From Octopus bimaculoides (taxonomy: Eukaryota), in NCBI RefSeq assembly GCF_001194135.2, contig NC_069006.1:6175529-6239528 (forward strand): a stretch of DNA of 64,000 bases, written 5' to 3'. Under the pieces are notes generated by a model that saw only the letters and a list, made by a program, of their open reading frames with translations, had not been told where the DNA came from and searched no databases. The translations under genes and the position numbers were made by a program. This document shows, piece by piece, positions 36,647 through 49,997 of the stretch (positions are counted from its first letter, which is position 1; every line of letters begins with the position of its first letter).

Positions 36647-37789
36647 ATCTCTCGCCACCCTGTTATATTTTGAGATGCTCTACAGGTGTTTTATAGATAG
36701 GGAGTTGGACATTGTTAACCAGTGTTATATTGCTGGAAAGGATGAACACCTCAAGTTCACAGATAGAATCTGATTTTGTCCATGTAATAATAACATAGCT
36801 AAAAGTGTTGGACATTGTTAACCAGGATATGAACGGTGGTCTCCAGGGATGTAATGGGTGGAGGAGTGTCTGCTATGTGGTTCCTCATGCTACCACAGAA
36901 CTCAGACATTGAGATGCGATGTTCATTGTGGTATCCCTACATTTACGGATGAGGTTACCTGGATAGCAGTCTAGTTGGTCCTCACTTGTTTGATATGAAT
37001 CTGTTCCTACCAGCTAAGATGTTCCACCCTTCATCACTGCCTGACAACCAATGTTGGTTTATTTACATTCCCAGAACTTAATGGTTTGGCAAAGAGACCA
37101 ATAGAATAGGCACCAGGCTTACACCCCACCCCACAGTCCAGTGACTGAAACAAGTAAAAGATAAAGATAGTTGCTGCAAATAAGCATTAAACATGGCACT
37201 AATAACATCGTTTGAATTTAATCTGGGCTGTGAATGAATTGATTCACTGCTGGGAGGTTCTGTTGCAAACACTTGAAGTGATGACGGGTGGGAGGAAAAT
37301 GGTTGGAAGAGGGTATTGAGACAAAATACTTAAGTAAAGTAGTCTTTGTTGCCTTAGTGGAAATACGCATCAGCTGATCTGAGTTCGCCTAAAATAAACA
37401 ATTGTCTTCATTTCACAAAGGTTTATCTCCTAACATCATAACAACAGCACAAAGAGGAATAATAAATAATATCAGTGTTATTGCTGAAATTCAAGCTCAT
37501 AATAGGAACACCCAAATACACTCCCCATACACACATATTTACACATATATACAAACACATGTGTGTGTGTGTGTGTGTGTGTGTGTTGGAATCTATGTAA
37601 GGTAAAGAAGATTATAGAGCAGGAGAGCTAAATTTTGAAGCAGTCAAACTTACAGACGACTGCATTCATTATTGTATGAAGAATAAAAAGAGATAAAACC
37701 CCCCGAATGGTTTAAATGACATTCAATGTTTTCAGAGAAGCCACCATATTCCAGTGATGTCAAAACTAGTGAAACAAGAAATTTCCTAC

Positions 37790-37900
37790 TCCCCCTCACT
37801 ACCCACCTACCCTCCATCAATAAATATTTCCAAATATGGTTACAAACTTCAGCGGTTACTGCAGAGAGGAGTTTCAGCTGTATGGAGAATAGAATGTGTC
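37790..37900 (+). mobile_element. hAT transposase dimerisation-domain relic
   Basis: LPSINKYFQIWLQTSAVTAERSFSCM matches the hAT motif FP.L..L..I.LT...TSA..ERSFS.L. Confidence 0.55.
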
Positions 37901-38284
37901 TAGTAACATCAAATCAAAACACCAAAATAATATAATAAAATTAAGAGCACCAGAAGCTGGTCTGAAATTGCACCAATTGTGAGGCACAGTTCTCTGATAA
38001 ACAACTGGGAAAGTATTGTGTACTCTTGTTAGTATATCTATATAAGCAACACATGTCAATGAGCTAAATAGGGACCACAACTACAAATAAGAGCCTGTAA
38101 TATATTGGAATAAAAGCCCTTTGGATGAAATAAGAAAAAAAAGGGAGTGGGCTTGATGGCTATTCATGAGATTTCAACCACACATCTTCAGTAACTTAGA
38201 TAGGTTTTGGCCATTATCAGTCCAGGCCATGACTGACTCAATAGCACCACATAGAGAAGTTTTTTAGTTAATTATTTCAGTTCA

Positions 38285-38580
38285 TCATGGACTACTCAAG
38301 CAGAGAGTTGTTGTTGTTGGTTGAGATATATCCAGGTGTAGGTGGTTTATCTGGTAATTCCTGGAGGAATTTGTCCAGGTACCGTTTGAAAGTTGTGGGG
38401 TCTTTTTCTACTTTAATTTCTTTTGGGATAATATTGAAAAGAGCAGGACCATTTGCAATGAAGAAATTGTGTCACAGTGTTCTTATGTGATCTTGACCTT
38501 TGTAGGGGATGCATGGCACAGGGGCCTAGTCTTTTTTTGTGTTGCAGTGTTCTTATGTGATATGATCTTGACCTTATAGC
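38285..38580 (-). mobile_element. CR1/Jockey-superfamily LINE C-terminal fragment
   Basis: HNFFIANGPALFNIIPKEIKVEKDPTTFKRYLDKFLQELPDKPPTPGYIST...NSL matches the GP.LFN.LP.EI....FK..LDKFL...PD.P..PGY pattern. Confidence 0.7.
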
Positions 38581-39551
38581 CAATATATGGTTTTCAAATT
38601 TTGGCACAAGGCTAGAAATTTCAGGGGAGGGTTAAGAGTTGATTACATCAGCCCCAGTGGTCAACCAGTACTTATTTTATCGACCCCAAAGATATGACAG
38701 GCAAAGCTGACCTTGGCAGAATTTGAACTAAAAATGTAAAGACAGACAAAATGCTGCAAACTTTTATTTATAGCTGTTTTCACTCCCAGGTGCAGTGTTA
38801 AATGCTTTATTTCTCAATGTCTCTACAACTGTATTCTAAATGTAAACTAGATATTCTATTTATGTAACAACTACTTCCACCATTAATTAACACAAACTCT
38901 CAACAATATCTAACTTAGCAGCTCAAAAGTTCAACAATTCCATTTTATTAAGGCTTAATTCCTTAATTTCAAATTCAAATTTTTAATCTTATATTGGGGC
39001 CTGATGTAGCCTCCTGGCTTCCCAGACCCCAGTCGAACCGTCCAACCCATACCAGCATGGAAAACGGACGTTAAAGGATGATGATGATGATCTTGTATTG
39101 TGAGGAGATGGTTATCTCCATTACAATAACAGCCACAACCAGAGGGCACTACATATGTTTAAGGTAAATAATGAATATATATTGACTCGACATAAAAAAG
39201 TAATTCAGGTGAAAAAGTGAATATATCATATTTAATAACCAGACTTGCTTTTTGGACTGGGCTGAAGGCCACTCCCTTTATATTGTTACTTCTGTATGCA
39301 TGAAGGAGCACATTTAATGAGGTAACAAACATGGGAAGTTGTAGCATTCAACACATGTGGCAGCTGAGATTGACTTCATTTACAAATGATGTATACTTTC
39401 TTCTGAAACAATACTTTTTAATTGGCTGCTATCATTAGAGCAACATGTGTAAACACACACTCACACATACACACACTCGTGTACACTCCCACACATGCAT
39501 GTGTACACTCACACACACTCTCACATCATGCACATTCATACAGACATACAT

Positions 39552-39948
39552 CACACATGGATCAGAGTGTGATAGGGAGTTTGCTTCCCAACCACATGGT
39601 TCCAGGTTCAGACCCACTGCATGGCACCTTGGGCAAGTGTCTTCTGCTATAGCCTCAGGTCAACCAAAACCTTATGTGTGGGTTTGGTAGATGGAAACTG
39701 TGTACTTGTGTGTGTGTTTGTGTACATGTGTGCCTGTGTTTGTCCCTTTCCATTGCTTAACAACTGATGTTGGTGTGTTTATGTACGTGTAACTTAGTGG
39801 TTCAGCAAAAGCGACCGATAGAATAAGTGCCAGGATTAAAAAGGGGTAAAAGACACTAAGTACTGGGGGTCAATTCATTCAACTAAAATTCTTCAAGGCA
39901 GTGCCCCAGCATGACCACAGTCTAACGAGACTGAAACAAGTAAAAGGT
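39552..39948 (+). mobile_element. SINE family C, full length
   Basis: tttgcttcccaaccacatggttccaggttcag head, internal (TG)n, tail gactgaaacaagtaaaagg. Confidence 0.85.
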
Positions 39949-41029
39949 AGAAAATATGCATATGTTGCTGGAATGGATCAACACCTCAAGTTCACAGACA
40001 GAATCTGATTTTTTATCCATGTAATAGTAGCATAGCTAAAAGCAGCCCAACTGGGAATTGAAACAGGGTTGTGGGCATGAATTTGTCTGGAACTCACACA
40101 ACACCACAGAGTATGTCAAGTAACTTACAATACAACTTTCTTTTCTCTGTTGCTATTGCATTAATTCAAATTATTACCGTGACTAATAACCACGGCAGAA
40201 ATTAGCAACAACGTCAACAACTGCAGGTTTGAACATTTGATACCATCTTCAGCGATTTCTATTGTCAGCTTCAGCTCACCCCAAAGCGGTTGAGCTCTGT
40301 TGCATAATTTTCCCTGTCAACTGTGATCTAGCTTCATTATCTACACCTACCTTCTCTCATTAGCCATATTATACTTCGACTCAATCTGCATGTCTTTAGG
40401 TGGAGTCATTTCTAATGCATCTGTGATTTTAGAATACCAGAGCAGAATCTATCTTTAGACTGAGACAACCAGTCTGGTAATACATACAAATATATACATG
40501 TGTATGTGTATTTACATATATAATAGGTTCATATTAGTATATACATATATATATATATATAAAAACACATATGCATATATGTATATAATACCAGAAATAC
40601 ACAGACACACACATATACACACACATTTGTGTCTGTTTCCGTAATGATGGCAACCAATTATAAATTACTATTTTGAAGAAAATATTTGTAAATGCAAGCA
40701 ATTGCAACTGCTGCATGCATTGCATAATAATTGCAAAGATGTCACCCACTGCAAGGATAAATGTACAGATGACAAATGCTGGCTGATGCAACCAATACTG
40801 TGCAATAAAGAGAGGGAGGAAGCAGCTATAAGTCAGCCATGATTTTTTCACAGATATTCAGATAATTCGAGTATGGTGAGATGTCTAGACACTTCCAATA
40901 ACAACCACAAACCGGAGTTAGAATAGAAACTGTTCTGGAAAGAAAGAGATCTACTTTCTTGGCTTACAATTGTGGTGGGAGTCAGTAGTGGGGGGTGGAG
41001 TTGTCAATATGGAAAAGATTGGTCCAGTG

Positions 41030-41070
<41 letters not shown>

Positions 41071-41075
41071 GGAGT

Positions 41076-41119
<44 letters not shown>

Positions 41120-41197
41120 AAAAGAAAACAAGCTTCAGAATGTGTTTGTGTATGTCTCTACAACTCTGTATATGAATATACATATGTGAATGAATGA

Positions 41198-41229
<32 letters not shown>

Positions 41230-41283
41230 CGTATGTGTATTTCATGTGCAAGATTCTTGATGTGGATACGTGTGTTGAAAGAA

Positions 41284-41514
41284 ATACAATTAAACCTTGG
41301 GAGAGGCATTATGCCGGTAATAAACACACGCACTGGTTCAGTCCTTTATTAATTTATATAGTGTTTTGTTAAATTATTTCATTGCATTATTTTTATATTA
41401 TATTGCAAGAGTGCAATGAAATAATTTAACAAAAAACTATATAAATTAATAAAGGACTGAACCAGTGCGTGTGTTTATTACCGGCATAATGCCTCTCCCA
41501 AGGTTTAATTGTAT
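41284..41514. repeat. Near-perfect inverted repeat, 103-bp arms, 25-nt loop
   Basis: 41284-41386 versus 41412-41514 differ at one position by my reading. Abuts a gap at 41517. Confidence 0.92.
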
Positions 41515-41838
41515 ATNNNNNNNNNNTACATACATATATTCATGGGAAATGAATGAATGCTTGGTGTGTGTACTGTTGTGGCTACTCCCTCCTAAAGAAA
41601 AATGGGGAATAGGCCTGGGTGTGTAATAATATATATACAAGTGAGTGGACAAATGAAAGAAGGGCACTCAACCAATTTATTGTGAGTTACATGTATGGAT
41701 CAAAACAGTTCGAATCAAATTCATTGGTATGCTTGAGCTTCAAGAGTACCAACAAATTTGAATTGAACTGTTTTNNNNNNNNNNTTGGTATGCTTGAGCT
41801 TCAAGAGTACCAACAAATTTGAATTGAACTGTTTTGAT

Positions 41839-41876
<38 letters not shown>

Positions 41877-42572
41877 GGAAAAGTATGATAAACATAAGTT
41901 GCAGTTCATACCATTTGTTCCCTACATACATTTCACCATTGTGGTTATTTGCATCATCTGCAGTAGCTGTTCATAATGCAATTGGATGCATATTCACAAT
42001 AGTTCTTCTGGGAAGCACTTTACATTACATTGAAATCTCTCTCTCTCTCTTCTATACATATTTGTATATTTGTGATGCTTAGTGTCAACATGCTGAAAAT
42101 CAGGTAAGGGTTAGTGATAGGAAGAGCGTCTGGCATTAAAACAAGGCTTCAATAGTACATCTGTCAAATGCAGGTTAGAATGGGAACATGGACATAAAAA
42201 CGAATGAAAATGAAAAAAAAAATACATGTATAAATGCATCTTTGTATATGTATAGTCATGTGAATGTATCTGTATGTGTGTATACATGTACAGACCAGAA
42301 GAATATTCAGTGTTACATGGAAAATAAAGAAGACAGTTGGTAGCGAATTTGTTGAATGAGAATCACTGTAATTGTATATAAATTTGTTATTTCAAACACA
42401 TTATTTATATAATTTTTAACAGAGAAACATTGCTTTTTTTATTTCTTAAAATATTGCATATGTTCCAATAATTCTCTGTGAAAGGAAATAACACAATGCC
42501 ATTCCAGCTATGCCAGTCCAATCAATATATTTTTCCTATATGCACTATGTATACTATGTATATGTAGTGTAT

Positions 42573-42608
<36 letters not shown>

Positions 42609-44220
42609 ACACACAAACACAATATATGTATGCAGTGTATATCATATACACTCCCCCCAGTGTATATCGATATACAGTGTCTATACAATGTATGGCTGAG
42701 TTGTATAACAAGTATGCCCCCTTCCACATACCTTTTTAAGCTTTGATTTTATTTAGAAACTGTACTTCAAAATGGAGAAGTCCCTGTTGGTTATGTTGGG
42801 CTGCTATACAGGCCTCAGCTCCATGGAACTGGCTGGACTTGTTAGTGCTTTCACTCAGACATACCCATCTCACTCATCTCCCCTTCTCTCACCATCCTTA
42901 TTGTGTCTAACACCATGCTCAGTCCTTCCTCCCCAGAATGTATTCTCTCTGGAACACCCTTTCTGTTCATGTCTTTCCCACAGGTGTTGACATACAATAG
43001 CTCAAAAAGGATCATCAATGGAACCGACCTCATTGATCTAAGAGGGTCTGTAAGGGCCAAGGACACTACTCCTCCCTTTCACAGTCAACAGCTAAAAATA
43101 AAAATGTCCTGACTATCACATTGAGTCATATGCAATTCATCACAGCATTTTGGATTGTGCAGCATGTTCATCAGTGACATGGAATGATTGGGAAGATATA
43201 TCTATGAGCCAGATGACTTCCTGTATACCACAGAACTACTTAACCAGGGATTAACACAGCAACAACCAAATTTAAATGTAAAGACAATAATCATTCTAGC
43301 CACTTCTTCAGCTAATCAACAATCTCACCAAAAATATTGAAATATGAATGAAAAATCATAAAAATAAAGACTGTAAACAGAGTACAAACATATATTTAAA
43401 TGTTTTACACACAGTATAGTGTCATCTAAACAATGTATACACACTGTACAGTATATAAACAATGTGAACACTATATCTAGACATCATAAACACATCATAC
43501 TGTCATCTGAACAGATGCTATTTATGTTGTTGTTTAAATAATTTATAGCTATCATATCAGACAGTTCAACAAACAATATAACATTGCCATGGTGAGGATA
43601 ATTGAGTAGAGACACACAGACATATATAACAAGGATTCAATACAGTTTCCACTTGCTAAATCCACTCACACAGCATTGGTCAGGCTGAGTCAATAATAGA
43701 AGACACTTGCTCAAGATGCTGCACAGTGGAACAGAACCCTGAACTCTGTGGTTGTGAAGCAAGCTGCTTAACCACACAGCCATGCCTGCACCTTGTTTAT
43801 ATCCACTTCGTGGAAAACCTAAAAGTTCCAACTCTACTTTACAAGTGAAACCTGTTATGAATAGTAAATTATAATAGAATTATCACCCGTTGTGATGTAC
43901 AAGTAAATAGATATAGCATTATGATAATTTTTACCTTATTTCAAACAAAATTTATTTAGCTTCTAGTGTTATATTTGTCTACTAGACGACTATACTGCCT
44001 TTAGCCATATTATAGCTAGTTTAACATATAAACTATGAACACATTTAGCCATTTAGGCCTGGTGCTGTATACTAATAGAATTGGACAATATTCATTCTGA
44101 AAATATTACAGAATCTAGTCTCTCAAAGAAACTTCCAAGCATCAACAGAAGGCTGGGTCTTGTAAAAAAATGTAAAGAAATAATTTGGTTCTCAAAGAGG
44201 AATGGTAGAGGACAAAACTG

Positions 44221-45100
44221 TAATCTTTTAGCATTCAGATAACTTTTCTGTCAACTGTAATCCTTATTTGTCCACATGTTTTGAATTAATCCTGCATTAT
44301 CTTGTAGCTTCAAGATTTCAATGATGTGACTTTGGTATTTTTAGAACGAGATTATGGGATTTGTGCAAGAGGCCAGACATGGTCTCTCACATGGTATGAC
44401 CATAAAACAAGGAATATTTGGACTGTGAATATGACTGGTTTAGATGCTAAAAGGATACTTATATACATTGTATAAGCCTTTAGCCTTTCGATTACCCTGT
44501 CACACATAATGTTTATTTATTAATGTTGCTTTGAAATTAATCCAGCATTATCTCAAAGCTATGAGATTTTGATGATGTGATTGTTTACTTTTATAATGAT
44601 ATTGTAGGGTAGGCATGAGAGGATGAATCTGACTGGTTTGAATATAAAGCAGGTAGAATATTTGAGCCTGATTTGATTTGATGGCACTCCGTCGCTTACA
44701 ACATCGTGGGTTCCAGTTGATCCGATCAATGGAACAGCCTGCTTGTGAAATTAACAATGCAAATGGTTGAGCACTCCACAGACACGTGTACCCTTAACAT
44801 AGTTCTTGGGGATATTTGGCGTGACACAGTGTGACAAGGCTGACCCTTTGAATTACAGGCACAACAGAAACAGGAAGTAAGAGCGAGAGAAAGTTGTGGT
44901 GAAAGAGTACAGCAGGGTTCGCCACCATCCCCTGCCGGAGCCTCGTTGAGCTTTAGGTGTTTTCGCTCAATAAACACTCACAACGCCTGGTCTGGGAATC
45001 GAAACCGCAATTCTATGACTGCGAGTCTGCTGCCCTAACCACTGGGCCATTGCGCCTCCACTTGAGCCTGATATGGCTGGTTTAAATGCTAAATGGCTAA
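44221..45100. mobile_element. Two adjacent piggyBac-like MITEs, the second split by a SINE B
   Basis: About 44221-44457 and 44473-45100, same orientation. Confidence 0.7.
44673..45061 (-). mobile_element. Young SINE B subfamily copy with 11-bp TSD
   Basis: TTGAGCCTGAT at 44662-44672 and 45062-45072. tRNA-like head ggcgcaatggcccagtggttagggcagcagactcgcag...ggtttcgattccc. Confidence 0.9.
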
Positions 45101-45419
45101 AAGATCTGTTCGGAATTGTTGAATGAATTTGCGAGACGTGTTTGATATGTGTAATGTTAGTTTTAAATGCAGTAAAGAATCAATCTTTGTATGATTTGGA
45201 GATACGGATTTTACTGGTCAAAGTATATTATATGACGACTGTTTTGCTATTTAATAAGCCATGTAACACAGAGTTACATTGGATATTCTATTACAGACCA
45301 TATTACCATATATAAATATCAATATATGCATGTGTTTGTGTGTATGTGTGTACGCGTATATATATAAATATATATACATGAAGAATACAACTGAAAACTT
45401 GGGAGTATAAATATGTTCT

Positions 45420-45543
45420 TTTATCAATATTGAGCAGAAGCGACAGAGTGACTCAAGGGGTGAGAGTTTCATGTGTTAAGTGTTAATGCATGAAACTCTC
45501 AGCTCTTGAGTCACTCTGTTGTTTCTGCCAAATATTAATAAAA
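45420..45543. repeat. Fold-back element, arms about 60 bp, each with GAAAC-stem-GTC
   Basis: 45420-45479 pairs with 45483-45543. Confidence 0.85.
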
Positions 45544-45555
45544 TATATGTATGTG

Positions 45556-45589
<34 letters not shown>

Positions 45590-45862
45590 CGCACACATAC
45601 CCGTGTGTGTGTGTGTGTGTGTGTGTATAAATAACGTGTTCCACATCTCCATGCTATAATGATATCAAAGCAACAAAGACACTTGCCGTGTAGAAATCGG
45701 TGAATAGTTTTTAGCACTGCTTTATAATACAATGCCTACTTCTGAAGAACCNNNNNNNNNNTTCCTTCAGACATGTGTGAAGAGCTTTGGTAGCAGATTC
45801 CAATGTTCCCACCACAACACAACTCTTGGAAAATAATCTTCAACAAAACCAACCCAAGATAC

Positions 45863-45948
<86 letters not shown>

Positions 45949-47550
45949 CAGAAAACAACAACACAATAAGTGGAGTGAGAGATTGTAGTTTGTAAGTTTT
46001 TTTCTTTGTTTGTATTTTGTTGTTTAGTGATTGTAATGTAAAGGAATGGAAGTAGGTAAACACAAAAGCAGATGAAGATGTAATTAAGGACAGTAACAGG
46101 AATGGTAAACAAAATTACAGCAGAATTATTGCTGGAAATTCTAAAGAACAACAGATATATGGTGTAGGGAAATCTTTAAAGATTAATCCATGCAAGTTGG
46201 TTTGCTTGTGTTGTTAATAGTGTTACTGCTGTTGTTGTTGTTGTTGTTGTTGTTAGTGTTATTTAAGCTGGGTTTTTTTTTTTTTTTGCTTCTGTTATTT
46301 ATTACTTTTAGTTTCTTCAGAAACTAAATGAGGAAGAAAAATATAAACAGCAACAACAACAACAACAACATCAATAACAACATCCTACTAACACACAAAC
46401 AATTAGGTTGCTGCATGTTACTAAGGTAAAACAGTGTACGGAATGGGATTATAAGCTAAATACATTTTGTAAAGATGACAGGAATGAAAAATGCACTCAG
46501 AGTTTTTTTAAAGCCAAGTTAATTTAAACGAAACATAGTTTCTTGGTAATTAATGTTTTATGTTCATACTGGAGTCTATCATTAAAACAGAAGGTGTTAA
46601 TTAAAAAAGGAAAATCTCTAAAAGAGGAAGAATTGAAGGGAGAGATGAAAGGAAAATGTGTGTAAGGAGATCTTGTTAATAAGACAATTCAACATCTAGT
46701 AGAATTGAGTTAAAAACCTTGTTTAACCTGAATATTTGAGCAATCATCATCATGATCACCGTCATCATCATTATCACCGTCATCATCATGATCACCGTCA
46801 TCATCATTTATCATAGGCTGAATGGTTTGATGGAAGCTGTTGACCAGGAGGACTGCACCAAACTCCAATACCTGCTTTGACATAGTTTCTAAGTTTGATG
46901 CTCCTCCTGACACTAGTCACCCCACAGAGTGTAATAAGTGCTTTTCCTGCGGCACCAGCACCAGTGAGGTCACTGCGTAACTTGCAAAACAAGACCTCTC
47001 AACTGACGGGGCTGAAGTATTGAGAGAGGTGGCTTTAATCCAGGTGATGAGAGGTTATAGTATAAACATAGGAAAGGGTTGTCTTGCTGCAGGGACAAGA
47101 TTGAGGGACAGGAACAGCCACGGTTGGAAAGGGGAACCGACAATGTTGATGCGCTTCATTTTACCTCATTCATCAACCGACTGTACATTTTTGTTTTACA
47201 TAGCTTAATCCTTGTTGTTGTTATTGCTTAGCCTGAAGTCAGATACCACAAGGGGCATTCTAGTTGTGACAACCTCATGTAAAACTACATTATCCAATGT
47301 GTCTTACCAGATATTTCAAGGCATTGCAAAACTGAAGGAAATTTGGGTTACTATTGACTTTGATGGGATTTGAATTCAGACATTGCAGATAGTCAGAACA
47401 AACATGATATAACATTCTAGCCAACACTCTAATGACTCAGCCAACATACCATATATCTAGGAGAATTTACGAAAAAAACAACAACAGATGAGGACAGGTG
47501 GTGTAGACAACAAAAGGATGTATTAGTTTAATGCTCGTGAATACAGAAAG

Positions 47551-47587
47551 TCTTTAACGTTTCGAGCTACGCTCTTCAACAGAAAGA
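47551..47587 (-). ncRNA. Minimal type-I hammerhead-like motif (probably degenerate) in a Penelope-like end
   Basis: Minus strand: tcttt CTGTTGA a gagc-gta-gctc GAAAC GT T aaaga. Stems I and II pair and stem III is the palindrome ACGT; core A6 is replaced by U. Confidence 0.45.
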
Positions 47588-47660
47588 ATACGGAGAAAAC
47601 AAGGAGAAAAACACGGAGAAAAAAAATTGAATGTTTTGGTCAGCGATTAATCATGGCAAA

Positions 47661-47695
<35 letters not shown>

Positions 47696-47850
47696 TGAGT
47701 GGACAAATAAAAGAAAGTGTCACTCAACACTTTTGGTATGAGTTACACAAGTTATTCATTTAATAACAGCTTGATTTAGCTCCAAGCAACTTAAAGTTTC
47801 ATAGGCTCATTAAACAAGCATAGCTCATCAGGTTTTAACTGAATCATAAA

Positions 47851-47906
<56 letters not shown>

Positions 47907-48802
47907 ATGAATAAATGAAGCAGTGGAGATCTCAATGATTGTGGTGATTAACTCAGTAGCATTCTGGCATGTAGTTCATCTTATGTATTCTCATATTATG
48001 TAATAAGTTGTGAACAAATAAACTGCCATGCTATTGAAACACATGTAGCATAATTTGAATGAAAACTACACCATTCATAATCTTTTTATTATGTATGTGT
48101 GTGTATATACATATATATATATATATACACACACACAATACTATGTATATACATACAATATGTACATGTATATATATATATAATATATATATATNNNNNN
48201 NNNNNNNNNNNNNNNNNNNNNNNNNNNNNNNNNNNNNNNNNNNNNNNNNNNNNNNNNNNNNNNNNNNNNNNNNNNNNNNNNNNNNNNNNNNNNNNNNNNN
48301 NNNNNNNNNNNNNNNNNNNNNNNNNNNNNNNNNNNNNNNNNNNNNNNNNNNNNNNNNNNNNNNNNNNNNNNNNNNNNNNNNNNNNNNNNNNNNNNNNNNN
48401 NNNNNNNNNNNNNNNNNNNNNNNNNNNNNNNNNNNNNNNNNNNNNNNNNNNNNNNNNNNNNNNNNNNNNNNNNNNNNNNNNNNNNNNNNNNNNNNNNNNN
48501 NNNNNNNNNNNNNNNNNNNNNNNNNNNNNNNNNNNNNNNNNNNNNNNNNNNNNNNNNNNNNNNNNNNNNNNNNNNNNNNNNNNNNNNNNNNNNNNNNNNN
48601 NNNNNNNNNNNNNNNNNNNNNNNNNNNNNNNNNNNNNNNNNNNNNNNNNNNNNNNNNNNNNNNNNNNNNNNNNNNNNNNNNNNNNNNNNNNNNNNNNNNN
48701 NNNNNNNNNNNNNNNNNNNNNNNNNNNNNNNNNNNNNNNNNNNNNNNNNNNNNNNNNNNNNNNNNNNNNNNNNNNNNNNNNNNNNNNNNNNNNNNNNNNN
48801 NN

Positions 48803-48874
<72 letters not shown>

Positions 48875-49422
48875 TTTGTGTTGGTGCTCATCTCATACCA
48901 CTGTTTGATAATTGGTGTTGGTGAGTTTACATTCCTATAACTTAGTAGTTTAGCAAAAGACACCAATAGAATAAGTACCATTCTTAATGACTGAAACATG
49001 TAAAAGATAAAAGAAAATAATGATTAAAAGAGCAAAGAATCCAGTAATTAACAAGTTAATTAATGAGATTATGATCATAGAGACATTATCATTATTGGGT
49101 GATAAGCACAAGGTATTTCTTGGGCAATGTTGAGGTCTTTTAGTAAATTTAAAACCATAAATTCCCTGCTGCAAATACAAGAGGTGAATGGTTCAGTTCT
49201 TGTTTATGAACCTCAAACTGTTATTAACTGTACATTGATATTGTTTACGTAAAATAAAAAATCTGGGTTTTAAATTAAAATTCAGACATTTATAATATGA
49301 GAAACAACAGCTCAACTAATTGCAGTCTTTCAATGAATTTTCCTTGTAATTGAATGTAATTAAAATTATTCTCAATGTTTGGATAATGTATACTAGCATT
49401 TCATCTTTTAGTTGATTAATAA

Positions 49423-49463
<41 letters not shown>

Positions 49464-49911
49464 CACGCATACACTCACATATACATGCACATACAATATA
49501 CGCATATACATATCACATAAAGGTACACACATATACATACACACCCACATAGATGCACACAGACAACATACACACTCTTGCAAAAGGAGAAACAGAGTTA
49601 GAAAAAGACAGATATTTGTTCCCCCACACTGAATGATCATATTTTTCTTACACTTCACACATGGGCTGACGCATTTGTTACCTAAAGACCACACACACAT
49701 ATGCACACACGTACATACACGTGCACACACACACACTCACACTCACATAAATGTACACACACACCTACACACACTCATATGCATACATGCATGCATGCAT
49801 GCACACACGTGCACACACACACTCATACTCTCTCACACACGCACACACACTCACACACATGTACGCACACACCCATACACACACATGCATGCATGCACAC
49901 ACACTCATACA

Positions 49912-49975
<64 letters not shown>

Positions 49976-49997
49976 CAACAAGCTATAATTCACAAAT

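Noticed and set aside
40200-40460. CTGAAGATGG...CAAAC on minus, a possible Penelope-like end
   Set aside because: GAAA core is broken, no stems pair and the translation has no clear motif.
41785-41838. Direct duplication of 41725-41774
   Set aside because: The identical copies sit on either side of a 10-N gap, so this is most likely an unmerged contig overlap.
42984-43112. Strong acceptor (tttcccacag|G) followed by a short open frame
   Set aside because: Only a weak donor, an unrecognised peptide, and flanks that look like a decayed repeat.
44990-45061. tRNA-like sequence with A and B boxes
   Set aside because: It is the head of a TSD-flanked SINE and continues into SINE body; no complete cloverleaf was evident. 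The same applies to the other SINE heads.
48031-48999. Long ORFs of 200-320 aa (also at 5742, 18463, 19735, 52790 and 61314)
   Set aside because: They are open only because they run through N gaps.
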